From an uncultured Clostridium sp. (GTDB taxonomy: Bacteria; Bacillota; Clostridia; TANB77; CAG-508), in the NCBI GenBank assembly GCA_947061115.1, contig CAMSMU010000012.1, positions 3,597-35,596 on the forward strand: 32,000 nucleotides of DNA, read 5' to 3'. Each line of letters opens with the position of its first letter. The first letter of the stretch is position 1. Below, in pieces: positions 1-9,521 of this stretch. Under the pieces are notes generated by a model. The model was not told the origin of the DNA. It did no database searches and worked only from the letters and a program-made list of their open reading frames with translations. Both the position numbers and the translations under genes were made by a program.

Positions 1-1863
1 AATAGATTCTATAGATGTTCCTAAGGCTTCGCTTACTGCTTCTTTTTTCTCATTTCCTTCTTTTCTTTTATTTATATATTTAGTAGTTATTAATATTGCA
101 TAATCTATTGTAGCTCCTAATTGTATTGTCCCTATTACTATTGATGCAATAAAAGGCAAAGTTGTATTTGTATAATATGGTATTCCCATATTAATAAATA
201 TTGCAAATTCTATAACAATCATTAAAATTACTGGTAAAGACGCTGACTTTAGTACAAATATCATTAATATAAATATAACTGCATTTGAAACTATAGTTAC
301 ACTGTTGAAATCATGGTCGCTTATTTCTACTAAGTCTTTCATTAATGGACCTTCTCCTGCAAGTATTGCATTTTCATCATATCTTTTAATAATATTATTT
401 ATTTTAGTTACTTGCTCATTAAGTTCATCTGTTGCCATTTCATATTTTGAATTTATAATTATCATTTGGTATTCTTCATTTTGGAATATGTTGACTAAAT
501 CTTCTGGTAAGGCCTCTTTAGGAATTCCTTTACTCCCCAATTTTGAATATCCTATAGTCCATTCTATACCATTTAAATTTTCTATTTCATCGATCATATT
601 ATTTACTTTATAATCTGGCAAATCTTTGTCTACTAATAATAATTCCATTGATACCATGTTAAACTTTTCCTGTAATTCATTATTCGCTGATATGCTATCT
701 AATGTTGCTGGCAAAGATTTATCTAAATTATAATATACTTTCGTATTTCTATACCCCCAAAATGCTATTGGGAGAATTATTAAAAATGATATTGCTATTG
801 CTTTATAATACTTAATTATAAAATCCTTTATTTTTATAAATTTAGGTAATATTTGTCTGTGCTTTGTCTTTTCTATTAAATTATTTAACTCTAATATCAT
901 TGCTGGCAATATTGTTACTACACATATAACCCCTAATAATACCCCTTTTGCCATTACTAAACCTATATCTTTTCCTAAAGTAAGATTCATACTACATAGT
1001 GCTAAAAAGCCTGCTATTGTTGTAAGTGAACTTCCTACTACTGATAATAATGTTTTATTAATTGCATTTGCCATTGCATCTTCTATATTTTTATGCTTTT
1101 CTTTTTCTTGCATATAACTATGATATAAAAATATTGCAAAATCCATTGTTACACCTAATTGAAGAACAGCACTTATTGCTTTTGTTATATATGAAGTTTC
1201 TCCTAATAATATATTACTTCCCATATTATATAGGATAGCTATGCCTATATTTACTAACAACAATACTGGTGCTAAATATGAATCTAGAGCTATTTCTAAT
1301 ATGATCAAACAAAGTATTACTGCTATTATTACATATATTGCTATTTCTGAATTTGATAAATTTCTTGTATCTATTAAAGTAGCCGTCATCCCACTTATTT
1401 TACAGTGTTCATCTGTTATATTTCTTATTTCTTCAACAGTTTTCATTGTTGTATCTGATGAAATAGCCTCTTTAAATGTAACTAGCATTATAGTTTCTTT
1501 GTCTTTATATATTTTTTCTTTTATATCTTCTGGTATCATTTCTACTGGAATTCCTGTTCCTATTATATCTGCTATACTTACTACTTTTTCAACATTGTTT
1601 AACTCTTTTATTTTATCTTCTAATTTGAGTATATCTTTTGTTTTCATATCATCTAATATAACAATTGAAAATGCACCCATATTAAACTTTTCTGATAAAA
1701 TATTTTCACCTTGTACAGTTTCTACATTATCTGGAAGATATACTAATATGTCATAATTTATTTTAGTCATTTTCATTCCTATAATAGATGGTATTAATAA
1801 TAGTAAAGCTATAATTAAGATAAGTTTTCTGTGTTTGCAAATAGCTTTTCCAAACTTCTGCAT
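1..1863 (-). CDS. MMPL/RND-superfamily membrane exporter, partial (C-terminus runs off the left edge)
   Basis: The minus frame is open from the window edge to the ATG at 1863-1861, preceded by an AGGAGA SD. My translation starts MQKFGKAICKHRKLILIIALLLLIPSIIGMKMTKINYDILVYLPDN and continues through repeated polytopic hydrophobic blocks (LAPVLLLVNIGIAILYNMG, GVTMDFAIFLYHSY), typical of MMPL/YdfJ-type exporters. It is absent from the ORF track because no stop lies in the window. The plus ORFs 305-613 and 1241-1756 are its shadows. Confidence 0.7.
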   Translation of the reverse strand, partial: MQKFGKAICKHRKLILIIALLLLIPSIIGMKMTKINYDILVYLPDNVETVQGENILSEKFNMGAFSIVILDDMKTKDILKLEDKIKELNNVEKVVSIADIIGTGIPVEMIPEDIKEKIYKDKETIMLVTFKEAISSDTTMKTVEEIRNITDEHCKISGMTATLIDTRNLSNSEIAIYVIIAVILCLIILEIALDSYLAPVLLLVNIGIAILYNMGSNILLGETSYITKAISAVLQLGVTMDFAIFLYHSYMQEKEKHKNIEDAMANAINKTLLSVVGSSLTTIAGFLALCSMNLTLGKDIGLVMAKGVLLGVICVVTILPAMILELNNLIEKTKHRQILPKFIKIKDFIIKYYKAIAISFLIILPIAFWGYRNTKVYYNLDKSLPATLDSISANNELQEKFNMVSMELLLVDKDLPDYKVNNMIDEIENLNGIEWTIGYSKLGSKGIPKEALPEDLVNIFQNEEYQMIIINSKYEMATDELNEQVTKINNIIKRYDENAILAGEGPLMKDLVEISDHDFNSVTIVSNAVIFILMIFVLKSASLPVILMIVIEFAIFINMGIPYYTNTTLPFIASIVIGTIQLGATIDYAILITTKYINKRKEGNEKKEAVSEALGTSIESI

Positions 1864-1882
1864 ATTTCTCTCCTTTCTTCTA

Positions 1883-1932
1883 TGACTATTAGTCATTTTT
1901 GCATATTATACTATATTACTGACTATTAGTCA
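1883..1932. promoter_or_regulatory. Two copies of a 13-bp perfect palindrome TGACTATTAGTCA (1883-1895 and 1920-1932), candidate TetR operators
   Basis: An identical inverted repeat (TGACTA-T-TAGTCA) occurs twice in the divergent intergenic region between the MMPL start (1863) and the TetR start (2091). Confidence 0.6.
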
Positions 1933-2090
1933 ATATTTTTCTTATATTTTATTAAATACTTTTAAATTAAGTGATATTAGTATAGTAATTTTTTTAATAC
2001 TTTTATATTAATTTCAACAAATCCAAAAAAATAATTGACCAATGTTCAAAAATATGTCATAATCTATTATATAGGGGAGGATAATTTATT

Positions 2091-2687
2091 ATGAAAGAAA
2101 ATAATGAAAATGATAAAGAAAATAGACTTCTAACATCTGCTTTTAAATTATTTAATGAAAAAGGTATTAAATCTACATCTATACAAGATATTGTTGATAA
2201 TGCAAATGTTGCTAAAGGAACTTTTTATTTGTATTTTAAAGATAAATATGAAATTAGAGATATTTTAATTGCTAAAAAATCTAAAAAATTATTTAATGAT
2301 GCTTTAGAAGAGTTAAGAAAAAATTATATACAAAATTTATCTGATCAAGTAATTTTCATAATAAATTATGTTATTGATGAACTTACAAAAGCCCCAACAT
2401 TACTAAAATTTATATCTAAAAATCTTTCTTGGGGAATATATAACCAAACTGTATTAAAAATATATGAGGATAGCGAGGATGCAGAAGATAGTGTACTTAA
2501 TTTATTTTTAAAGGGAGTTAAAGAAAGTAACTTAAAACTAAAAAATCCAGAAGTAACTTTATTCATGATTATTGAATTAGTAAGTTCTACTTGCTTTAAT
2601 TCAATAATATATAATGAACCACTTCCAATAGATGAATATAAGCCATATTTATATGATGCTATTCGTGAATTAATTAATAATAAATAA
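2091..2687 (+). CDS. TetR/AcrR-family transcriptional regulator
   Basis: The N-terminal HTH pattern LLTSAFKLFNEKGIKSTSIQDIVDNANVAKGTFYLYFKDK is typical TetR_N. A GGGGAGG SD lies upstream. The gene is divergent from the exporter gene. Confidence 0.85.
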   Translation: MKENNENDKENRLLTSAFKLFNEKGIKSTSIQDIVDNANVAKGTFYLYFKDKYEIRDILIAKKSKKLFNDALEELRKNYIQNLSDQVIFIINYVIDELTKAPTLLKFISKNLSWGIYNQTVLKIYEDSEDAEDSVLNLFLKGVKESNLKLKNPEVTLFMIIELVSSTCFNSIIYNEPLPIDEYKPYLYDAIRELINNK

Positions 2688-2822
2688 TTTTAAAAAACTA
2701 TTGATTTTTTTAATCTATTATATTATTATGTTACAAGAGGTGTAAAAAAGTGACAAATTATTCTATTAAAAAAGATAAATTAAAATTAATTGATTCCTCA
2801 AAATTTATATTTATTGTTTTCT

Positions 2823-2847
2823 AAACACTATTTATTAGTGTTTTTTT
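2823..2847 (+). terminator. Rho-independent terminator-like hairpin in the uraA leader (possible attenuator)
   Basis: AAACACTA (2823-2830) pairs with TAGTGTTT (2836-2843), followed by a T-run. It sits about 40 nt upstream of the uraA start, after the end of the TetR gene. Confidence 0.5.
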
Positions 2848-2888
2848 GTTGCTAATTTTTGCACAAAAAAATAAAAGGAGGTATTCTC

Positions 2889-4256
2889 ATGGAAGAGAAT
2901 GAAAAAATGCTTGTTGATGTAAACGAAAAACCTGCTATTGCAAAATGGATTATACTTGCTATTCAACATGTTTTTGCTATGTTTGGTGCTACAATATTAG
3001 TTCCAATTTTAGTAAATTCAACAGCAGGCGAAACAGTTTTAACAATACCTGTTGCACTTGTTACATCTGGTATTGGTACACTTATTTACATATTATGTAC
3101 AAAAGGAAAATCACCAGTTTATTTAGGTAGCTCATTTGCTTTTATAGCACCACTTGCAGCAGCTTATTTAAAAGGTGGCATAGCTGGAGCTATGACTGGT
3201 GTAATGGTAGTAGGTTTAATCTATGTTATAGTCGCTACAATAGTTCATTTTGCAGGTAAAAACTGGCTTAATAAATTATTGCCACCTGTAATTATTGGCC
3301 CTATGATTATGGTTATAGGTTTAGGATTAGCACCAAGTGCTATTTCACAAATTGGTCTTACTTCTGGAATGGAATTTGATTGGAAAATAGTATTAGTTGC
3401 TTTTGTATCTTTTATTGTGACAGCAGTTGTAATGACAAAAGCAAAAGGATTTTTAAAAGTAATTCCTTTCTTAGTTGGTATAGTAGTAGGTTACGTTTTA
3501 TCTGTTATATTAGGGATTATAGACTTTACAGCAGTTCAAGAAGCTAAATTCTTTAGTGTTCCTCAGTTTATAATACCTTTTGTAAATTACATGCCTGATT
3601 TTAGTGCTTTAATTACTATCGCTCCTATTGCTTTTGTTACATTATGTGAGCATATAGGAGATCATACTTCATTAAGCAACATTATTCATAAAGATCTATT
3701 AAAAGAACCTGGTTTAGATAAGACATTATTAGGAGATGGTATTGCTACTTTTGTAGCAGGTATATTAGGAGGACCAGCAAATACTACTTATGGAGAAAAT
3801 ACTTCTGTTGTAGGTATAACTAAAGTAGCATCTGTATGGGTTATTGGTTTAGCAGCAATTATTGCAATAGTAGTAGGCTTTTTAGGTAAATTTACAGCTT
3901 TAGTTTCTACTTTACCAAGTGCAGTTTTAGGTGGAGTATCACTATTATTATATGGATTCATTGCTGTAAATGGTTTAAAAGTACTTATAAAAAATCAAGT
4001 CAATTTTGAAGATCCTAAAAATGTTGTAGTTGCTTCTACAATGCTTGTATTAGGATTAGGTGGAGCCGCAATATCTATAATTAGTGGAGATTTATCTGTT
4101 ACAATTTCTGGTATGAGTTTAGCAGCTATAATTGGTATAGTTCTTAACTTAGTTTTATCTATTAATATTGGAAAAGATAAGCAAAGTACTAAAAAAGAAG
4201 AAAAAGTAGCAAAACCTAAGAAGGAAAAATCTAAAAAGGATAAAGTTACTAAATAA
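2889..4256 (+). CDS. uraA: Uracil permease (NCS2 family)
   Basis: Polytopic NCS2-like sequence (QHVFAMFGATILVP, GDGIATFVAGILGGPANTTYGEN) immediately upstream of upp. The AAAGGAGG SD at 2873-2880 favours ATG 2889 over the track's TTG 2859. It has an unusual Lys-rich C-terminal tail. Confidence 0.85.
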   Translation: MEENEKMLVDVNEKPAIAKWIILAIQHVFAMFGATILVPILVNSTAGETVLTIPVALVTSGIGTLIYILCTKGKSPVYLGSSFAFIAPLAAAYLKGGIAGAMTGVMVVGLIYVIVATIVHFAGKNWLNKLLPPVIIGPMIMVIGLGLAPSAISQIGLTSGMEFDWKIVLVAFVSFIVTAVVMTKAKGFLKVIPFLVGIVVGYVLSVILGIIDFTAVQEAKFFSVPQFIIPFVNYMPDFSALITIAPIAFVTLCEHIGDHTSLSNIIHKDLLKEPGLDKTLLGDGIATFVAGILGGPANTTYGENTSVVGITKVASVWVIGLAAIIAIVVGFLGKFTALVSTLPSAVLGGVSLLLYGFIAVNGLKVLIKNQVNFEDPKNVVVASTMLVLGLGGAAISIISGDLSVTISGMSLAAIIGIVLNLVLSINIGKDKQSTKKEEKVAKPKKEKSKKDKVTK

Positions 4257-4267
4257 GGAGATTATAT

Positions 4268-4894
4268 ATGAAAACAATTGAATTAAAACACCCTTTAATT
4301 GAACATAAACTTGCAATTTTAAGAAATGAAAAAACGGGTACAAAAGAATTTAGAGAAATTATAGGCGAAATATCTATGATTTTATGTTATGAAGCAATGA
4401 AAGATGCTACTCTTGAAAAAGTAGAAATTACTACACCAATACAAAAAATGACTGCAGGAGTATTAAATGAAGATAAATATGCTTTTGTTCCAATTTTAAG
4501 AGCTGGCACAGGTATGCTTGATGGAGTAATTAAACTTATACCAAATGCAAAAATTGGCCATATTGGTATGTATAGAGATGAAAAAACATTCAAGCCAATT
4601 AATTACTTTTTTAAAGTTCCAAAAGATATTCAAAATAGAGAAGTAATCATATTAGATCCAATGCTTGCAACTGGTGGATCTGCTATTGACGCAATAGAAC
4701 TACTAAAAGAAAAAGGTGTTAAAAAAATGAAATTTCTATCTATAATTGGTGCACCTGAAGGATTAAAAAAAGTAGAAGAAACACATCCTGATGTTCAAGT
4801 ATATTGTGCTCACATTGATGAATGTTTAAATGAAAATGCTTATATAGTACCAGGGTTAGGTGATGCTGGAGATAGAATATTTGGAACAAAATAA
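4268..4894 (+). CDS. upp: Uracil phosphoribosyltransferase
   Basis: Typical Upp sequence (HPLIEHKLAILRNEKT, ILRAG, LDPMLATGGSA, YIVPGLGDAGDR) of 208 aa, with an AGGAG SD. Confidence 0.95.
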   Translation: MKTIELKHPLIEHKLAILRNEKTGTKEFREIIGEISMILCYEAMKDATLEKVEITTPIQKMTAGVLNEDKYAFVPILRAGTGMLDGVIKLIPNAKIGHIGMYRDEKTFKPINYFFKVPKDIQNREVIILDPMLATGGSAIDAIELLKEKGVKKMKFLSIIGAPEGLKKVEETHPDVQVYCAHIDECLNENAYIVPGLGDAGDRIFGTK

Positions 4895-5052
4895 TAATTA
4901 GAACAAAACGGACCTCTTCTTATGTCAGACGATTAAAATTATTTTTAGGTCCGCATAATTTGTTCGTATCGCCAAAATTGCATAGCAATTTTGTGTGACT
5001 TGTATTTTTATATTATAGGAAGTTCGAAGAACTTTCCTATAATATAAAATAG

Positions 5053-5080
5053 TGCTTCTTAAATGAAGCATTATTTTTTT
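5053..5080 (+). terminator. Rho-independent terminator after upp
   Basis: TGCTTC (5053-5058) pairs with GAAGCA (5065-5070), followed by TTATTTTTTT. Confidence 0.6.
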
Positions 5081-5141
5081 GTTTTATGAATACATATACA
5101 AATTTTTTTAAATTGGGTATAATAACTTTAGGAGTAAATTT

Positions 5142-6413
5142 ATGGATGATATTAAAATTATAGCTAATAAAATAAAAAATGCTGGAGGAAGGTTATATTT
5201 AGTTGGCGGTGCCGTTAGAGATGAATTAATGGGTATAACTAAACATGACGAAGATTATTGCGTAACTAGAATAGATTCAAATGATTTTGAAAAACTTTTT
5301 CCTAATGCTGTTTCCAGAGGTAAGTTCTTCCCTGTTTACGATTTAGATGGTAAAGAATTTGCTATGGCAAGAAAAGATATAAAAACTGGAATTGGTCATA
5401 AAAATTTTGTTTTTGAAGTTAACAAAAATATATCTATTGAAGAAGATTTAGAACGTAGAGATATAACAATAAATTCAATTGCTAAAGATGTATTAGATAA
5501 TACAATAATAGATCCTTTTAATGGAATAAAAGACTTAGAAAGTAAAATTATTAGGGCAACTTCTAGCCATTTTGTTGAAGATCCTTTAAGAGTATATAGG
5601 GTAGCTAGATTTGCTTCCATATTTGGATTTGATGTTGATAGTACTACTTTAAATATGATGAATTCATTAAGAAATGAATTAAATAGTTTATCCCCTGAAA
5701 GGGTATTTATTGAATTTAGAAAAGCACTCTTATCATCAAAACCATCTATATTTTTCAATATATTAAGAAAATGTAATTTACTAGATGTTCATTTTAAAGA
5801 AATATATGATCTAATTAATGTAGAACAACCTGTTAAATATCATCCTGAGGGTGATGCTTATAACCATACTATGTTAGTATTAGATATGTCTGCTGATTTA
5901 ACAGCTAATTTTGAAGAATTTAGAAAACTGCAAATACGTTTTTCTGCTTTAGTACATGACTTAGGAAAAGGGTTAACTCCAAAAAGTATGTATCCTCATC
6001 ATTACGGTCATGAAATTAATGGATTAAAATTAGTTAAATCTTTATGTAATAGTTTAAAAGTTCCTGAAAGTTGGAAAAAATGTGGAGAAACTGCTTGTAA
6101 ATTTCATATGAAAGGTGGTATTTTTGCAAAAATGAGGCCTTCTAAACAAATAGACTTCATTGAACAAATAAATAAAACTCCTCTTGGTTTAGATGGAATG
6201 AAAATTGTAGTAATATGTGATAAAACAAGTAGTAATAAAAATTATAATATAAGTGAAATAAATTTTGATATAATTGGAGAAAAATGCTTGAATATAATAA
6301 ATGGGGATTATATTAAAGAAAAATACGGTTTAAGTTCTGGATTAGAATTAAAGAAAAAACTTCACGACGAAAGAGTTAGCTGGTTAGTTAAGGAATACAA
6401 AAAAGCCCTTTAG
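5142..6413 (+). CDS. cca: CCA-adding tRNA nucleotidyltransferase with HD domain
   Basis: LVGGAVRDELMG and RRDITINS PolyA_pol head motifs, followed by an HD region (LVHDLGK, HHYGHE). Confidence 0.8.
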   Translation: MDDIKIIANKIKNAGGRLYLVGGAVRDELMGITKHDEDYCVTRIDSNDFEKLFPNAVSRGKFFPVYDLDGKEFAMARKDIKTGIGHKNFVFEVNKNISIEEDLERRDITINSIAKDVLDNTIIDPFNGIKDLESKIIRATSSHFVEDPLRVYRVARFASIFGFDVDSTTLNMMNSLRNELNSLSPERVFIEFRKALLSSKPSIFFNILRKCNLLDVHFKEIYDLINVEQPVKYHPEGDAYNHTMLVLDMSADLTANFEEFRKLQIRFSALVHDLGKGLTPKSMYPHHYGHEINGLKLVKSLCNSLKVPESWKKCGETACKFHMKGGIFAKMRPSKQIDFIEQINKTPLGLDGMKIVVICDKTSSNKNYNISEINFDIIGEKCLNIINGDYIKEKYGLSSGLELKKKLHDERVSWLVKEYKKAL

Positions 6414-6432
6414 TAATCTAAAAGGCTTTTAT

Positions 6433-6891
6433 TTATTCTTCAACTTTTCTTTTGTAGTTTCCAGATATAAGTCTTGGAAAATATTTTATTATTTTATAAA
6501 CTGCTAATTTTATCTTCTTGCTCCATAGATATGTTTTTCTTAATCTTCTTTGAACATCTAAAGTATTATTTTCTACAACTGCCAATGATGCTGGTACATC
6601 TTCTAATTGAAATTTATAATTTTGTCCTTCATTATTATCCCATTCATTATTAGAGTTTCTAAAACATAAATTTATTTCTTCATTATCATTTAATGGTAAC
6701 TCAGCTTGAAATCCTAAATTAGTTTTATCCATTTTTATTTCATTTAAATTGTCCCAATTATTTCCAAATCCATAATGAATAAATACTTCTTCAGATTGAT
6801 TTTGAAAAAGATTTCCTGTATATGATATTTTAACATTTGTGCCTTTTATCAATTTATCTGTATTAAAGAATATGTTTTTTACTAACTCCAT
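6433..6891 (-). CDS. Hypothetical protein with a CBM25/53-like (starch-binding-type) domain and a basic C-terminus
   Basis: Pattern V.ISYTG....EVFIHYGFGNNW.....M......F.AELP.....INLCF.....WDNNEGQNYKF, recognised by eye only. Confidence 0.4.
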   Translation of the reverse strand: MELVKNIFFNTDKLIKGTNVKISYTGNLFQNQSEEVFIHYGFGNNWDNLNEIKMDKTNLGFQAELPLNDNEEINLCFRNSNNEWDNNEGQNYKFQLEDVPASLAVVENNTLDVQRRLRKTYLWSKKIKLAVYKIIKYFPRLISGNYKRKVEE

Positions 6892-7022
6892 AATTTTCTC
6901 CTATGCTTAAACTATACAAATTATATTATTTTTCTTCAAAATATTCAATGCTTTTAATAATTTGTATCAAAAATGTAAAAAAAATGTAATATTTTTGTAT
7001 AATATTACATTTTCTATATTTT

Positions 7023-7595
7023 TTAAACTTTTCCTAATACTTTTCCAATAATTTTGAAGTCGTCTTTTGAAGTAACTATAATATCTTCTATTCCTTCTTT
7101 TTCAGCTCTTAATACTAAGTCATTCATTCTAACAATAAATTTTCTAATAATATGCCTATTTCCATATTCAAATAATCCAAAGTCTTTATTATTTAATGGT
7201 GTATTAAATTCAATATATACATATGTACCTATTTCAAATCGTGGAGACATTGAATCATCATTTACTCTTAAACATGCAGATGCTGAATGATACTCTTTTG
7301 GGCATGTGCAAAAACCAGAAATATTATCTATTTTGGGAAGTACATCATATTTTATATGATCTACTACTTTATATCCTATTTGCTCTTCTGTTAATTTTTT
7401 GTCATATGCATACATTAATGGCTGATAAGGAACATCTAATGCATCACAAATACTTTTTAATGCTTTATGACTTGGATTCCTTTCACCTTTTTCAATATGT
7501 GTTAAATGACCAACATTTATATTTGTGTCCTTTGCTAAATTTGTCTTTGATATCTGCTTATCTTCTCTTATTTTAGAAATTAAATCTCCTATCAT
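7023..7595 (-). CDS. XRE-family HTH plus S24 (LexA-like) peptidase-domain repressor
   Basis: The N-terminus ISKTNLAKDTNINVGHLTHIEKGERNPS is an XRE HTH. The C-terminus VNDDSMSPRFEIGTYVYIE ... IIGKVLGKV resembles the S24 autocleavage domain. Confidence 0.75.
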   Translation of the reverse strand: MIGDLISKIREDKQISKTNLAKDTNINVGHLTHIEKGERNPSHKALKSICDALDVPYQPLMYAYDKKLTEEQIGYKVVDHIKYDVLPKIDNISGFCTCPKEYHSASACLRVNDDSMSPRFEIGTYVYIEFNTPLNNKDFGLFEYGNRHIIRKFIVRMNDLVLRAEKEGIEDIIVTSKDDFKIIGKVLGKV

Positions 7596-7755
7596 ACTAT
7601 CACCTCATAATTCGACATTATTATATATAATTCTACAAAAAATGTCTAGTAAATATAATATAATTTTTAATATATTTACATTGTAAAAAAAATTTTTTTA
7701 TGATACTATTCTATCAGTAATAATATATTAATAAAATATAATTAGGGGTTAATTA

Positions 7756-9285
7756 ATGAAGAATAAAAGAATATTAGTTATAGTTGTATTAATTGCAATT
7801 ATTATATTTATTTCTATAGCTTTTAGTATAGTTAATATTGGTAATAATAAAATATATAACAATATTAAAATTCAAGGAATCTCAGTTGCAGGTCAAACTC
7901 AAGAAGAAGCTAGTAGTATTCTAAATAAAAAATATAATGAAAAAAAATTGGAAGGTATAAAGTTAGTTCATAATGACTATGAAACTACAATATCTTTTGA
8001 TCAATTAGGAATTGAATCTAATATTGGAAATGCTGTAGATAAAGCATATTCTATTTGTAGAAGTGGTAATATTATAACTAATAATTATAATATAATTTTA
8101 AGATTCTTCGTTTCCAAAAATATAGATGCTAATATCAAATATGATGAAAATAGTATAAATAAAGTAATTGAAGATGTTGGTTCAAAATTACCTGATGTTA
8201 TGACAGATAATGATTATTATATAGAAGATAATAATCTTATAATTATAAAAGGAAAAAAGGGAGTTAAAGTAGATTCCCAAAATTTAAAAAGTAGTATTAT
8301 AAATAAAATACTAAATTTTCAAACAGAAAGTAATAAAATTGAAATACCTACATTTGAAGCAAATCCTGAAAATATAGACATTGAAAAAATAGTAAGTAAA
8401 ATAAAGTCTGAGCCACAAGATGCTTATTTAAGTGAAAATCCATTAGAAGTTCACGCAGATAAAGATGGTATTGATTTAGCAGTTTCTATTGAAGAAGCTA
8501 ATAAAATGATTAAAGAAGATAAAGAAGAAATTTCTATACCATTAAATATAACAAAAGCAAATGTAACAGTGTTAGATTTAGGCGAAAAAGCTTTTCCTAA
8601 TTTATTATCTACATGTACTACAAATTATGATGCAAGTAATATAAACAGAAATAATAATTTAGTACTAGCTGCTAAAAAATTAAATGAAACAATAATTAAT
8701 CCTGGTGAAGTTTTTTCATATAATCAAACTATTGGGCAAAGAACCATTGCTTCAGGTTTTAAAGAAGCAAAAGCTTATGCTAATGGTAAAGTAGTATTAG
8801 ATGTTGGTGGAGGTATTTGTCAGCTTTCTTCTACATTATATAACTCAACTTTGCTATGTAACTTAGAAATTGTCGAAAGAAGAAGCCATTATTTTAAAAC
8901 ATCTTATCTTCCAGCAGGTCAAGATGCTACTGTTTCATGGGGAAGTGTAGACTTTAAATTTAAAAACTCAAGAACTTATCCAATAAAAATTTTGGCTAAA
9001 TCTCAGGATGGAGTTGTAAAAGTAGATATATATGGCATAAAGCAACAAGATGATTATGATGTTAAAATAGAATCTTCAGAAACAAGTATAATTCCTATGG
9101 AAACTATTTATGAAACAGACACTTCCTTGTCTAAAGGATCTCAAGTAGTCTCTCAATATGGAGAAGATGGTTGTACATCTGAAACCTACAAAATACTTTC
9201 TAAAAATGGAATTATAACTTCAAGAACCTTAGTTTCAAAAGATACATATAATGATTTGCCTAAGATTATTAAGCAAAATAAATAG
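7756..9285 (+). CDS. VanW-family protein with N-terminal membrane anchor and C-terminal G5-like domain
   Basis: An N-terminal TM segment, then the VanW core (PGEVFSYNQTIGQRT..GF..A....NG....VGGGICQLSSTLYN, VERR.H), then a G5-like tail (GEDGCTSETYK). Confidence 0.8.
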   Translation: MKNKRILVIVVLIAIIIFISIAFSIVNIGNNKIYNNIKIQGISVAGQTQEEASSILNKKYNEKKLEGIKLVHNDYETTISFDQLGIESNIGNAVDKAYSICRSGNIITNNYNIILRFFVSKNIDANIKYDENSINKVIEDVGSKLPDVMTDNDYYIEDNNLIIIKGKKGVKVDSQNLKSSIINKILNFQTESNKIEIPTFEANPENIDIEKIVSKIKSEPQDAYLSENPLEVHADKDGIDLAVSIEEANKMIKEDKEEISIPLNITKANVTVLDLGEKAFPNLLSTCTTNYDASNINRNNNLVLAAKKLNETIINPGEVFSYNQTIGQRTIASGFKEAKAYANGKVVLDVGGGICQLSSTLYNSTLLCNLEIVERRSHYFKTSYLPAGQDATVSWGSVDFKFKNSRTYPIKILAKSQDGVVKVDIYGIKQQDDYDVKIESSETSIIPMETIYETDTSLSKGSQVVSQYGEDGCTSETYKILSKNGIITSRTLVSKDTYNDLPKIIKQNK

Positions 9286-9325
9286 TCAAACATTACAATG
9301 GAAAGATTTTAAAAAGCTGTATATC

Positions 9326-9356
9326 AGTATGCAGAGTAATAACTGCATACTTTTTA
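9326..9356 (+). terminator. Rho-independent terminator after the VanW gene
   Basis: AGTATGCAG (9326-9334) pairs with CTGCATACT (9343-9351), followed by TTTTT. Confidence 0.7.
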
Positions 9357-9382
9357 TGTTATATTTTTAATTCAAATAATTA

Positions 9383-9411
9383 TTGACATAACTAATAAAA
9401 TACTGTATAAT
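9383..9411 (+). promoter_or_regulatory. Sigma-A-type promoter for tRNA-Lys(CUU)
   Basis: TTGACA (9383-9388), a 17-nt spacer, then TATAAT (9406-9411), about 35 nt upstream of the tRNA. Confidence 0.65.
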
Positions 9412-9445
9412 CTTTTTTGTATTAATAATGCAAAAAATTATATAT

Positions 9446-9521
9446 GGGTGACTAGCTCAGTTGGTAGAGCAGCTGACTCTTAATCAGAAGGTCCGGGGTT
9501 CGACCCCCCGGTTGCCCACCA
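9446..9521 (+). tRNA. tRNA-Lys (anticodon CTT), CCA encoded
   Basis: Hand-folded cloverleaf: acceptor GGGTGAC/GTTGCCC, D arm GCTC-AGTTGGT-AGAGC, anticodon loop CTCTTAA, T arm CGGGG-TTCGACC-CCCCG, then ACCA. Confidence 0.9.

Noticed and set aside
305-1756. Plus-strand ORFs 305-613 and 1241-1756.
   Set aside because: They are antisense shadows of the MMPL exporter gene, which occupies the minus strand from the window edge to 1863.
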